DNA of 64,000 nucleotides from a virus, in IMG/VR virus record IMGVR_UViG_3300035137_000026, positions 133,731 to 197,730 of that record. One strand, written 5' to 3'. Within the stretch, counting starts at the first letter, position 1, and each line of letters opens with the position of its first letter. Below the pieces are notes generated by a model. That model saw only the letters and a list, made by a program, of their open reading frames with translations. It did no database searches and had not been told where the DNA came from. This document shows positions 10,069 through 19,106 of this stretch, piece by piece. The position numbers were made by a program, and so were the translations under genes.

Positions 10069-10479
10069 TCATCCTTCCATATTAGTAACAAGTTGTTTCT
10101 GCTTTAACCCCTCGTTCCAGTCTTGTATTTTTACAGATTTCTTCCAGTTGCAGGAATTGCCATCCTCATCTGGAATATTACACTCATACTCAGCCGTGAC
10201 TGTCTTCTCCTTGAGGTTCTTGGCAATACTCGGGATTACCCATTTGCCACAGACCTCGCAGCGCCTGTAGGCACCAGTAGTCAGCTGAATATCGTCTACG
10301 CTAGCCTCAATATCCACCTCTGGGACGAGCAGGGAGATTCGGATGAGTGCTTCATTCTCTTCTGGTACAACATGGAGCTGGACTGCGTCTACTGTCTCAA
10401 GTTCCATGTCATTCAGGAATATAGAGATGTCGCCGGCCGCATCTCTAAGAATCTTAAGTTTGACTGTCGGTTTTGGCAT
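10069..10479 (-). CDS. Hypothetical protein with Zn-ribbon-like Cys
   Basis: 136-aa ORF, CEVCG motif. Confidence 0.5.
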   Translation of the reverse strand: MPKPTVKLKILRDAAGDISIFLNDMELETVDAVQLHVVPEENEALIRISLLVPEVDIEASVDDIQLTTGAYRRCEVCGKWVIPSIAKNLKEKTVTAEYECNIPDEDGNSCNWKKSVKIQDWNEGLKQKQLVTNMEG

Positions 10480-10810
10480 CGTCGTCTCCTAGCATAATAT
10501 GTGGGTACGGCTCGGCTTCTTTGACCGACTGTAGCATGCTCTCGGGGATTTTGATTGTCAAGCCCTTCTTGTCATCGGACATTGCTTCTTGTTCTTCATC
10601 CTCTTCTCCTACACAGACGTAATCAAATGTCCACTTAGATGAGACCCAGTGACAGCTGGAGCATTCTACCGGCTCATCCATACCATCATCGTAGCGGCCA
10701 TCATATTCGAATTCTTGCATACAGTTTGGGCAATTTAGGATAATTGTCATGGGTTCCTCCAGCGTGGCAACTGTTAAATTTTGCTCACTTGGACATCCGT
10801 ACATACTCAT
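10454..10810 (-). CDS. Acidic Zn-finger-like hypothetical protein
   Basis: CPNC...CSSC; start moved to the ATG at 10810, which overlaps the upstream stop (ATGA). Confidence 0.5.
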   Translation of the reverse strand: MSMYGCPSEQNLTVATLEEPMTIILNCPNCMQEFEYDGRYDDGMDEPVECSSCHWVSSKWTFDYVCVGEEDEEQEAMSDDKKGLTIKIPESMLQSVKEAEPYPHIMLGDDDAKTDSQT

Positions 10811-10977
10811 TTGTATTTCTCCCAGCATGGCTTGCAGTACCATTCCATGCTCTCTACTGTGAACTCGCTATCTGGTGTAAACCTGCTTGGTGCCTTCCAG
10901 GAGACAAATCTCCCGCAGCAACAGCAGTTTGGGTTTACTATCCGAACTTTCGGCTTGGTATTTTTCTCGTTGGCCAT
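10807..10977 (-). CDS. Small Cys-rich protein (56 aa, not in ORF track)
   Basis: MANEKNTKPKVRIVNPNCCCCGRFVSW...WYCKPCWEKYK; ATGA-coupled to the next gene. Confidence 0.55.
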   Translation of the reverse strand: MANEKNTKPKVRIVNPNCCCCGRFVSWKAPSRFTPDSEFTVESMEWYCKPCWEKYK

Positions 10978-11480
10978 TTGTACTCCCTCGGATGTGGAAT
11001 CTTAGCCTTTGGCTTAGCTGGTACTATCTCCTCTGCTGGCTGAGATGCCTCCACTGCTTCTGAGACTCTCTGAGACAGCTCCTCTGCCGTGATCTTCTTC
11101 TCGTCATACTTGACAACCAGATAGGCCCATCCAGCCTTCTCAGCGGCCTCCTGCTTCTCCCAGTCGGCCTCCATCCGCTTCCTGTAGTTCCTCTTGGCTT
11201 CTTCTCCAGTGACGCCTCCGAAATACACAGGCCTAAAATGGTGTTCGCCATGCACCTCGACCACAATATTCAGTCCCAGAACAACCCAATCAAACTTCTC
11301 TCTTCCTGAGGCGAACGATGGATTTACTTGGTTGACTGGATACTCCTGTCTTACTTGGTAGTTTGGGAACAGCTCCGTCAGCAGATTTCCGACGTGCTTG
11401 TGCATCTGGCTAGCATTCTTTGCTAGCTGTTGGGGTGTCTTAGCTCGTTTCATAGATCGGTAGCCTTGCCATCTCTTCAT
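10938..11480 (-). CDS. DUF559/Vsr-like endonuclease
   Basis: KFDWVVLGLNIVVEVHGEHHF motif. Confidence 0.65.
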   Translation of the reverse strand: MKRWQGYRSMKRAKTPQQLAKNASQMHKHVGNLLTELFPNYQVRQEYPVNQVNPSFASGREKFDWVVLGLNIVVEVHGEHHFRPVYFGGVTGEEAKRNYRKRMEADWEKQEAAEKAGWAYLVVKYDEKKITAEELSQRVSEAVEASQPAEEIVPAKPKAKIPHPREYKWPTRKIPSRKFG

Positions 11481-11823
11481 TCATGATACGTCTCTGCTCT
11501 TCTTGAGCTTTAGTCTCTCCCTCTGGTGGTTTCTCTAGAACCTCTTCTACGGGGAGTGCAAGCAACCATTCTTCAAGCCAGTATGGTAGTTGAAACACAA
11601 GCTGGTGTGGGTTGTCTCTGTCCTGTCTTATCTGTACTTCACCATCTTTTTGTAGCTTGCTGGCGTCTATCTCGCCCTCTTGTGCAAGCTTCATAAGTAC
11701 ATGCTGTAGCTCTACTTTGATGGCATAAATACTACGGCTAGTGATGCTTTCTCCAATGTGTTTCTCAATCGCCTCGGAGATTCTTCTGTATATTTCCTTC
11801 CGCTGTTCGGTTTGGTTTTTCAT
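11440..11823 (-). CDS. Hypothetical protein
   Basis: 127-aa ORF in packed operon. Confidence 0.5.
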   Translation of the reverse strand: MKNQTEQRKEIYRRISEAIEKHIGESITSRSIYAIKVELQHVLMKLAQEGEIDASKLQKDGEVQIRQDRDNPHQLVFQLPYWLEEWLLALPVEEVLEKPPEGETKAQEEQRRIMNEEMARLPIYETS

Positions 11824-12143
11824 ACGAATCTCTCCTCTTTGTTTTTTACCATTGGTGGCATTATATTAAGGTAGCCCTGTGACTGGGCAAACTGAACTAG
11901 AGCCCGCCACAGACTTTGATCCTCTATCTTCTTGAGGCTATGAGTACAGTCTTCCACGTATGCCATCTGCTTAAGGTTGTCTAGGAATATCATGTAGCGT
12001 TTACCTTGATAGCCGATGGTTACTCTATGCTCCCATCGGTAGTATGGTAGCAGATCTACATTCACGTTCTCTTCGCCATTAGCAAGTGCCACGTTTACTG
12101 GTAGAGGAAATCGCTTCTCGTTTACAAGGTAAAATCCTGGCAT
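11820..12143 (-). CDS. Hypothetical protein
   Basis: 107-aa ORF in packed operon. Confidence 0.5.
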   Translation of the reverse strand: MPGFYLVNEKRFPLPVNVALANGEENVNVDLLPYYRWEHRVTIGYQGKRYMIFLDNLKQMAYVEDCTHSLKKIEDQSLWRALVQFAQSQGYLNIMPPMVKNKEERFV

Positions 12144-12838
12144 ACCTTACACTCCTTGCAGGCATATGGGTTCGCATGCTGAGTTCTGGAACGAATGCCG
12201 CATTCTACATGGTACAACATCTTTCGAATTCCTTCCATGGCTTTTGGGCTAAAAGTTGACGTGGTGACACTTATTTTGTCAATAGACTCGTCTACGTCTA
12301 TTGAGATGTAAGTAATCGTCTCTCCACGCCCGCTATAGAAGGCATAAGCTATTGCTTTTATTGCCGGATCCGTGGCTGCCTGACGAAGCGAGAGTCCCTT
12401 CCTGTCTAGATTAATAAGAACTGTGTTCTGGGGTTTCTCGAGATCTACCTTGACAATGTCCACCTGAGCCTTCAGGACACTTGTGCCTATCCGGATGGTA
12501 CTCTCTGCTTCTACTCCAGCTGTTGGCATCATCCAGTCAGACATGTCGTACTTGCAATAATCAGTGAATTTATGGGCTGCTGCCAGCGAGATCTTAGTGG
12601 ATTCTGTGGCTGGTAGATGTTCTGCCGCCGGCCACCAAATCTTATCCCATGCCTGTCTTAGTTTCCGTGGGCTGACGATACTATCTTTGAGGCAAGCATG
12701 TCTTTCGGCCTCTATGATTGCTGCTCTGATCTTCTGTTCTGTGAATGTGAGTGGTTTAGCTACAATCCTTGTTGCGCCCTTAGCCTGAAGAACAGGGCAA
12801 TAAACGTAACACGCTATGTCGAGTGGGCTGAGGTACAT
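12122..12838 (-). CDS. Divergent PD-(D/E)xK/Cas4-like fold protein
   Basis: N-terminal YCP and C-terminal CKECKVC Cys cluster; catalytic motif degenerate. Confidence 0.4.
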   Translation of the reverse strand: MYLSPLDIACYVYCPVLQAKGATRIVAKPLTFTEQKIRAAIIEAERHACLKDSIVSPRKLRQAWDKIWWPAAEHLPATESTKISLAAAHKFTDYCKYDMSDWMMPTAGVEAESTIRIGTSVLKAQVDIVKVDLEKPQNTVLINLDRKGLSLRQAATDPAIKAIAYAFYSGRGETITYISIDVDESIDKISVTTSTFSPKAMEGIRKMLYHVECGIRSRTQHANPYACKECKVCQDFTL

Positions 12839-12999
12839 TACTCGTCGTCGTCAAGATCGTAGTGGCTCTCCATTTCGCTGAGTACGTTGAATGGCTGCTC
12901 TACGAAATGGCTTCGGTCTGCATTACAGGCGGGACAGTTGGTTGTTACACCATACTCTCCCTCGAATTCATTTCCGCAATTACTGCACTGATAAATCAT
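12838..12999 (-). CDS. Small rubredoxin-like Zn-ribbon protein (53 aa, not in ORF track)
   Basis: MIYQCSNCGNEFEGEYGVTTNCPACNAD...; TAATG-coupled to the next gene. Confidence 0.55.
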   Translation of the reverse strand: MIYQCSNCGNEFEGEYGVTTNCPACNADRSHFVEQPFNVLSEMESHYDLDDDE

Positions 13000-13177
13000 C
13001 TTGTTCCTCCTCTAAATCTCCTGTGATTTCATCTAAGAGATCCGCTACCCGTTCTGCACTGTCAGTAGCGTGGTCAATAATTCTGGCCACAGTTTCTGTT
13101 TTAGCGGCCATCTCTACAGCCTTAGTGGCTGCGACTGCTCCGATAAGTTGTTTCATGAATCCTCCAACACTCAACAT
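12980..13177 (-). CDS. Small hypothetical protein
   Basis: 65-aa helical ORF. Confidence 0.4.
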   Translation of the reverse strand: MLSVGGFMKQLIGAVAATKAVEMAAKTETVARIIDHATDSAERVADLLDEITGDLEEEQDDLSVQ

Positions 13178-13201
13178 AACGCATTACTCATACAGCGACA
13201 A

Positions 13202-15694
13202 CTAAAAATCATTAGCTGCTCTGTTTTCTGCTAGGAAGGCCTTACGGTCCTTCTGATCCTGGATGGCAGTTTGTAGTTCAACAGCTCGATACTGTCCTGC
13301 ATAGCCGTAGAGATCCAGGAATTCTCTGCCTTCGTATCCAGAGACCTTATTCTTACCGAACTTTACCCAGATTCTAGGTAGTATGTCCCCATGCTTATCT
13401 TCGTGTATAAGGATAGCGCTGTCTTCATCACAATGGTGTAGATCATTGTACAAGTGAATGATTACACTGGCATCGTACTGTAGTGCCCTGGATTCTGCGA
13501 TTGCCAAGTTGGTTGGCCTCTCACCAGGAGCTAACTTTCTATATTCCACTGTGGATACGATAGTAATGTGGTTGGCTACCGTCATGTTTTTCATTAGATT
13601 GCTCAACCGTTTGACTCGCTCGTGACCCTGTAACTCAGACAAGTCTGGATACTTGTGGAAGTTGTCACAGAACAGAACGACGTTCTTCTCTGGATATTTT
13701 TCTCTATACTTCCTTACCAGAGCTTCTGCGTACATTAGAGACTGTCCGTCACTAGCATCACGAATGACAATCCTCTCGTCTCTAATTGCCTGAATAACTT
13801 TGTTGTATCCCTGCTCTCTGAGTTGTGGTACGAACTCATATCCATCCTGCATTTTCCAGTAGTTTGGACTCGAGACATGGTTCAGTCTGAGCTGAAGCGT
13901 CTCTGTAGCGCAGCAGACCATCTTGTATAGGATGAATCTGGCGGCATCATCAATGGAATGGTAAATACAGATGGCATTGTTTCGCTCTTCGTTTGCTATC
14001 TCCCAGGCCATTTGGCTAGCGAATGTTGTCTTGCCGGCCTGCTCCGAACCACCAACAAATACTAGATTGTCTGATCTCCAGTCATCATCTAGGTGAGCAG
14101 CGATACCACCCAAGCCCCATGGCTTCATAAAGAACCCTGCGAATTCTCCACTCTTCTGCTCGTCAGCTTCCTTCTGAGCCAATACTGTGCCTAGAACTGT
14201 GTTCTCGTCGCTCTCCTGTTGTACGGCCTTGTTGATCTCACCTAACTGGTGCTGGGCCTGAATCAGGGCCATCTCTGCCTTTTCTGGGTTCTTCTGTACT
14301 TCCCAGGTCAGGGCTTCAATGACTGCTTTCTTTTTATGTTGTATGTTTGCTTCCTTCTCGCTTCTGAGACGCTTCACCTCAGACATGATGATCGCAATAT
14401 CATGGCCTGTCATCCTGGAGACCTGCTTAGCCATCTCCTGCTGGCGGATATGACTCTTCTCAGACACGATTATCTGAGCCATCTTTTGGGCTATCTCTGA
14501 CTTCTTGTCCTCATCCAAATCTTCCTTCTCTGCCTGTTCTTCCATGAACTTGGCAAGCCTCCATTCGAATGCTGTCCATTTCTTTAGCCGAACGAACTCA
14601 TCAATGCCCCTAGCTCTCAGCAGATCGTCTGGATCTTCTCCGCTGGGTAGCTGAATAAGTTTGACCCTGAAGTCTTTCTCTTGGGCGAACTTCTCATCCA
14701 AGGCTTTTCTAACAGCCTCTTCTCCTGCGTCATCGCTATCGAAGACTAGGATGAGGTTGAACACCCCACATCTCTTCAGTAAGTTAACGTGGTGGTCTGT
14801 GAGTGCTGTACCTAGAGTGCAGCAGCAGTTCATTAGACCATGGTGTCTAGCTGTAATGACGTCAGCTTGACCCTCGAAGATGTACAGAGGGCTGGCTGCT
14901 GTCTTTGCTACATCAAAGCCGTAGAGACGTGATCCCTTATTGAAGATGGCGCACTCGAGCCCCGTACCTCTAGTGTTGATATACTTTGGGCCACTGGTTT
15001 GGTCACCTTTTTTGTGCTTCAAGTTTTTAGCACTGAAGCCTACTGGCCTACCCTTGTCATCATAGACTGTGAATAACAGATTGTGTTTGTCGAATAAGTT
15101 CGATCTATCCAGGTCAACTGCACTTAGGAATTTTGGCTCATAGCCAGCCTTCTTCATTGTTTCCATGAACTCTTTGTAGTTGACTGTCCCAATCCCCCAG
15201 CTTGCAAGCTTTGATCTCTCCCAACTCCGGCGGTCAATCTCATAGTCAACCGTTGAGTAGTCCCCAAAGTTTGGATTACTAACCAGCTTGGCCGCTAGTG
15301 CATAAGCTGAGTATGTTCTGTATTCGTATATCTCTTCCGGTGTTAGATCTTCCAGCTCTACTTGAACTCCGAACTTTTCTGCGAGATACATGACGTTCTC
15401 TTCAATGAATCCTCTGCCGGATATTGGCTTGCCCTCGAGGTAGTGTGCCGCCAGGAAGATACCAGCTGAGCATCCACATGCAAAGCAGTTCGCTCTATAC
15501 TGGTCTATCTCACCACGACATGACATTGATGGGTGAGTGTCATTATGGTCCGGGTGAATGCAGTTGAAATCCTTGCTTGTGTCAATCCCATGTTCCTCAA
15601 GGTATTGTTCAAGATAGGGCTCTAGGGCCTCGCTCATTGCATCCAGGTTAACCAGTCTCTGCTTCATCATTATTCCATGCCCTTTTCGTCCCAC
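13202..15694 (-). CDS. DnaG-type primase / DnaB-type helicase fusion
   Basis: CHC2 finger (CIHPDH...CFAC), TOPRIM (IFEGQAD, FDSDDAG, DPDD), Walker A GGSEQAGKTT, helicase motif ESRALQYDA. Confidence 0.9.
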   Translation of the reverse strand: MGRKGHGIMMKQRLVNLDAMSEALEPYLEQYLEEHGIDTSKDFNCIHPDHNDTHPSMSCRGEIDQYRANCFACGCSAGIFLAAHYLEGKPISGRGFIEENVMYLAEKFGVQVELEDLTPEEIYEYRTYSAYALAAKLVSNPNFGDYSTVDYEIDRRSWERSKLASWGIGTVNYKEFMETMKKAGYEPKFLSAVDLDRSNLFDKHNLLFTVYDDKGRPVGFSAKNLKHKKGDQTSGPKYINTRGTGLECAIFNKGSRLYGFDVAKTAASPLYIFEGQADVITARHHGLMNCCCTLGTALTDHHVNLLKRCGVFNLILVFDSDDAGEEAVRKALDEKFAQEKDFRVKLIQLPSGEDPDDLLRARGIDEFVRLKKWTAFEWRLAKFMEEQAEKEDLDEDKKSEIAQKMAQIIVSEKSHIRQQEMAKQVSRMTGHDIAIIMSEVKRLRSEKEANIQHKKKAVIEALTWEVQKNPEKAEMALIQAQHQLGEINKAVQQESDENTVLGTVLAQKEADEQKSGEFAGFFMKPWGLGGIAAHLDDDWRSDNLVFVGGSEQAGKTTFASQMAWEIANEERNNAICIYHSIDDAARFILYKMVCCATETLQLRLNHVSSPNYWKMQDGYEFVPQLREQGYNKVIQAIRDERIVIRDASDGQSLMYAEALVRKYREKYPEKNVVLFCDNFHKYPDLSELQGHERVKRLSNLMKNMTVANHITIVSTVEYRKLAPGERPTNLAIAESRALQYDASVIIHLYNDLHHCDEDSAILIHEDKHGDILPRIWVKFGKNKVSGYEGREFLDLYGYAGQYRAVELQTAIQDQKDRKAFLAENRAANDF

Positions 15695-16368
15695 CAGCGG
15701 AGTGTTTCTTTGTACTCCAGAACTATGTTGGCTGCTTCTTCCATGTTGTCTACCTCAAATGGATAGACACCTCTAGTCTTTTCATTCCATGGCTGTTTCA
15801 TCATAATCGGAATCGGCCCATCGATGTCAGCCAATACCCTGGGATCATCATCAATGATAAAATCAGCCTCTACGCATTGTTTCGAGTGTACCGAGTCCAC
15901 CATAAACAGATAGTACTTCATGTTGGGGAAGTATCTCTTCAGCCATACATCTTTCTCTGGTGGGCAGCGGTCCCAGTTAAGCACTTTGGTAACAAAGCAT
16001 ATCTCTGCACCAGCATCGGCAAGTCTCTGGACCTGCTTAATGGCTCCTGGGAATGGCGGAATATCCTCGAAGAATCCCTTGTCACAGATTTCATCGTACA
16101 GCTCTCTGTGATCAGTATACTTTGCCTGTTGCTCTGGAGTCATCCTTTCCCAGACTAGTTGTGCTGTCTTGGGTTTGTAGGCATCGTCCTTCGTCATCTT
16201 GATACCATACAGCTCTTCAACCTTCTTAAAGGAAGTGGTTGTAAAGTCCGCAATGGTGCCATCCATATCTACTATGACTCTCATCGTTCTCTCCGTTGTT
16301 TGTGGAACCTTATCCGTCGGTTGCGCACTGGTCTTTCCAGTCGCAGTAGGCACAGTGCCAGTCGCCAA
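15670..16368 (-). CDS. 5'(3')-deoxyribonucleotidase (HAD, NT5C-like)
   Basis: VDMDGTIADF motif I and IIDDDP; true start is probably MRVIV. Confidence 0.85.
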   Translation of the reverse strand: MATGTVPTATGKTSAQPTDKVPQTTERTMRVIVDMDGTIADFTTTSFKKVEELYGIKMTKDDAYKPKTAQLVWERMTPEQQAKYTDHRELYDEICDKGFFEDIPPFPGAIKQVQRLADAGAEICFVTKVLNWDRCPPEKDVWLKRYFPNMKYYLFMVDSVHSKQCVEADFIIDDDPRVLADIDGPIPIMMKQPWNEKTRGVYPFEVDNMEEAANIVLEYKETLRWWDEKGME

Positions 16369-17281
16369 GTTTATTGCTCTTAGCGTTGGGGTTCTTTACC
16401 CATCTCTCATACTTGCCTTTTGCAATCTTACCTTCAGAATACAGTCTTTCAACTGTAGCTGCATCGTATTCGACCATGTATTCTTTTTTGGGTAGGGTTT
16501 TCTTGCGCAGGATCTTAATCAGCTCTTTATATCGACCATGCATGTCTTCTATTGTAAAGGGCTGGAGTGATGGTCCTTCCTGGAATGCATTCCAGTATGG
16601 TCCTGGAATCTGCTGCCAGTAGCACTGGTGCTTGCCATCATTCCGCTTCTGGAAGCCTACCTTGAACTCTACCCTTGCACCACTAGCTCTATCCATATAG
16701 AAAATTCTATATTCATCGAGCACATCCTTATACTCCCAGGCATAGAGCAGTGCCTGAAGGAAGTGGCTTTCTTTCGGCTGGCCGGCAATAAACCGGCCAG
16801 TCTCCTTCTCCCTCTTTACTCCATGGATCTCCTTCTGGTTTGGGTACTCTGCGTAGGTCTTCATCTCTATACCCATCAGCTTACCTGTCATGGGATTCCT
16901 GAGGATAGCATCCATCTCTCCAGAAAGCACAAGCTCTTTATTGAAGAACTTCACGTTGTTAGATACCCAGAGACCCATCTCTTTCCAGAGTTTAATCTGC
17001 ATTCTCTCCAGTTGTTTGCCTATTCGGCCTGTCTGGTGGAGCTTGATACCTCCTGGATTGCTCTTGGGTATGTCGTTGGTTCTATAGAACACCTGTCGGT
17101 GACACTTACCCAAGACAACCTTACGCTTGCCATCTTGGTAGGCTACCGAGGCCTCTGATGGCCAGAGACCCTGACGTCTCTTATCGAAGGCCCTGTGTCT
17201 CTCAGCAAGTATAGACTCATCTTCTTCTGCGATCAGAGAAAATACTGGCTGGTTATTCATCGTATAGGATTGGCGGCTCAT
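16310..17281 (-). CDS. Cas4/RecB-like PD-(D/E)xK exonuclease
   Basis: KCHRQ...SGEMDA...IEMKT...Q...Y and C-terminal CAYCDWKDQC. Confidence 0.75.
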   Translation of the reverse strand: MSRQSYTMNNQPVFSLIAEEDESILAERHRAFDKRRQGLWPSEASVAYQDGKRKVVLGKCHRQVFYRTNDIPKSNPGGIKLHQTGRIGKQLERMQIKLWKEMGLWVSNNVKFFNKELVLSGEMDAILRNPMTGKLMGIEMKTYAEYPNQKEIHGVKREKETGRFIAGQPKESHFLQALLYAWEYKDVLDEYRIFYMDRASGARVEFKVGFQKRNDGKHQCYWQQIPGPYWNAFQEGPSLQPFTIEDMHGRYKELIKILRKKTLPKKEYMVEYDAATVERLYSEGKIAKGKYERWVKNPNAKSNKLGDWHCAYCDWKDQCATDG

Positions 17282-17552
17282 GCTTCGGCTTCCTTATGTA
17301 TTTATCGTCCATGTACTCTCGCCCTTTGAACAGGCAACCAACATCTGGGACGCATTGGTTCTTCTCTAACTCAGCTACCTTCTGAGCAAGGTGCTGGATC
17401 AACTCCACCATGCACCACTTCTTGCGGCGATGTCTTACAAGGATTGCTCCAGGCTTGCTCGAGAGTATCTTTCTTCCTCTAGCAGATGCTTGCTCATCAC
17501 ATGTCTTCTTGGCTGGCCATGGTGCTACTAGAGGTGCTGGTTTCTTGGCCAT
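17253..17552 (-). CDS. Hypothetical protein
   Basis: 99-aa ORF in packed operon. Confidence 0.45.
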   Translation of the reverse strand: MAKKPAPLVAPWPAKKTCDEQASARGRKILSSKPGAILVRHRRKKWCMVELIQHLAQKVAELEKNQCVPDVGCLFKGREYMDDKYIRKPKHEPPILYDE

Positions 17553-17558
17553 GCCTGT

Positions 17559-18212
17559 CTACTCCTTCTCCTTCGATGGGAACCTAACGACATTGCCTGG
17601 GCGTTCGCTTGGAAGAACTACATCACTCTCTGCCTCAACGTCTTCTGGCGGGGCTGTCTCTTCCTCATCTACAGGCTGCATATAGCAGTCACAGTTGTGT
17701 TTACAGTCACAGTCTAACGTACAGTTCTGGTCATTGCCTTGATGTTCTGTCTGTGCTCCCTCAGCTTCTGCCTGCATTTGTGCTATCTGTGCCTGGATCT
17801 GCTTTTGCATTTCCTTCTGACGCTGGATAATCTTGTCAGCCACGTCCGTCTTGTAACGCTGCTCAATCTCCTCCTGTGTGAAGAGACCTTTCTCAACCAT
17901 CATGGCTGTCAGCATCTGCATTGTCAGCCTAGCTGTATCCAGCACCATGCCGATATTCTCCTGGGATCGGGCAATCTGTACCATCCCCATCTCTAGGTTC
18001 TGCACGGCTCCCACTAGAATCTGAAATTCATCTGGTGGTCCCTCGGCTGGCATACCATCTGGTGACAGAATTGCAGGGTTTGGAGTGCCGGCCTTCTGAA
18101 GCATCTGGCGAACAATCTCCTGTACTCGTTTATCTTCACTCATCCTATATCTCCTTAGTGCATAATCCGTGGTGTGTCTTTCGGGGTTACACTGTTGCGG
18201 TCTCTCATCCAC
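17559..18212 (-). CDS. Coiled-coil Gln-rich protein with Cys cluster
   Basis: Q-rich helix followed by CTLDCDCKHNCDC. Confidence 0.55.
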   Translation of the reverse strand: MDERPQQCNPERHTTDYALRRYRMSEDKRVQEIVRQMLQKAGTPNPAILSPDGMPAEGPPDEFQILVGAVQNLEMGMVQIARSQENIGMVLDTARLTMQMLTAMMVEKGLFTQEEIEQRYKTDVADKIIQRQKEMQKQIQAQIAQMQAEAEGAQTEHQGNDQNCTLDCDCKHNCDCYMQPVDEEETAPPEDVEAESDVVLPSERPGNVVRFPSKEKE

Positions 18213-19102
18213 TTACCACAATCCTTACAGCGCAGTCTCTTGTACTTATATAGCTTGGTATATGAGTATCCTCTGTACTCTAGATTAGTACCACCACATG
18301 CTGGGCAGTGCAGTATATCGTCATCAATAAGTAGGTTCCAGTTCGGCATACTGGCTGCCAGTGGCATCAGTTTTTCTGTAATGTCTCTTTGGGTGCGAAC
18401 ATCCTGTACGTTGTATTCTGCAATAATTTCCATAGCCTCTACGTCGTGTGCTTTAGCTCGTCTCCAGATATACAGTGGCACCTCAGACTTCTGTTCGTCG
18501 CATCTAAATGCTCGAGCGATAGTCTTCAGCTTGTTGTTGTTTAGCCTCAGGTTCTTCTTAGCAATTCTCCAGGTATCAATATGTACTGGCTTGGGGATTA
18601 CTGGAAGCCCATGCATGAGACACCGTGTCTGAATGAACGGGAAGTCAAATCCTGGAGAGAAGTGTCCGATTAGCACATCTGCCTCTTCCATGATCTTAAC
18701 TACGTCTTTCAGTAAGTATAGGTCCCTTTTCTCGACTGGTAGCTCATCCCAACCAGAATAGTCCCACATCCGCATGACTACTGGCTCTGGCTCGTCGTGC
18801 CACCAGTAGCCGAAGCAGATCATCTCTCCAAATTCGGCAGACAGATCGGTGGCTTCAATGTCGAAGTACATAATCTTAGCCTTGCTTATTTGGGTGGCTA
18901 TTGATGATCCGTATGGTAACTTAGGAGGCTTATTGCGCTTGTCCTTGTGCCGGCGAATAATACCCTGAACGGCCTTAGTAGTCCTTTGTGGGAATCCTTT
19001 GCTAGCCAGTATCTCTGCGATCTCTCGTGCTAGCTTATTGCCAGCGTGCTTGATGACCAACTGTCTCTCTTTGTCGGTCCATTTATCATGTGTGTCTTCC
19101 AT
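18155..19102 (-). CDS. DEDD-type 3'-5' exonuclease (RNase H-like) with N-terminal HTH and C-terminal Zn ribbon
   Basis: YFDIEAT, HFSPGFDFPF, HIDT, YNVQDV exo motifs; CPACG...CKDCG; directly downstream of the dnaE C-part. Confidence 0.8.
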   Translation of the reverse strand: MEDTHDKWTDKERQLVIKHAGNKLAREIAEILASKGFPQRTTKAVQGIIRRHKDKRNKPPKLPYGSSIATQISKAKIMYFDIEATDLSAEFGEMICFGYWWHDEPEPVVMRMWDYSGWDELPVEKRDLYLLKDVVKIMEEADVLIGHFSPGFDFPFIQTRCLMHGLPVIPKPVHIDTWRIAKKNLRLNNNKLKTIARAFRCDEQKSEVPLYIWRRAKAHDVEAMEIIAEYNVQDVRTQRDITEKLMPLAASMPNWNLLIDDDILHCPACGGTNLEYRGYSYTKLYKYKRLRCKDCGKWMRDRNSVTPKDTPRIMH

Positions 19103-19106
19103 GTGT

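Noticed and set aside
12122-17281. Cas4-like genes as part of a CRISPR-Cas system
   Set aside because: No repeat-spacer array, cas1 or cas2 seen; stand-alone Cas4-like nucleases are common in phage replication modules
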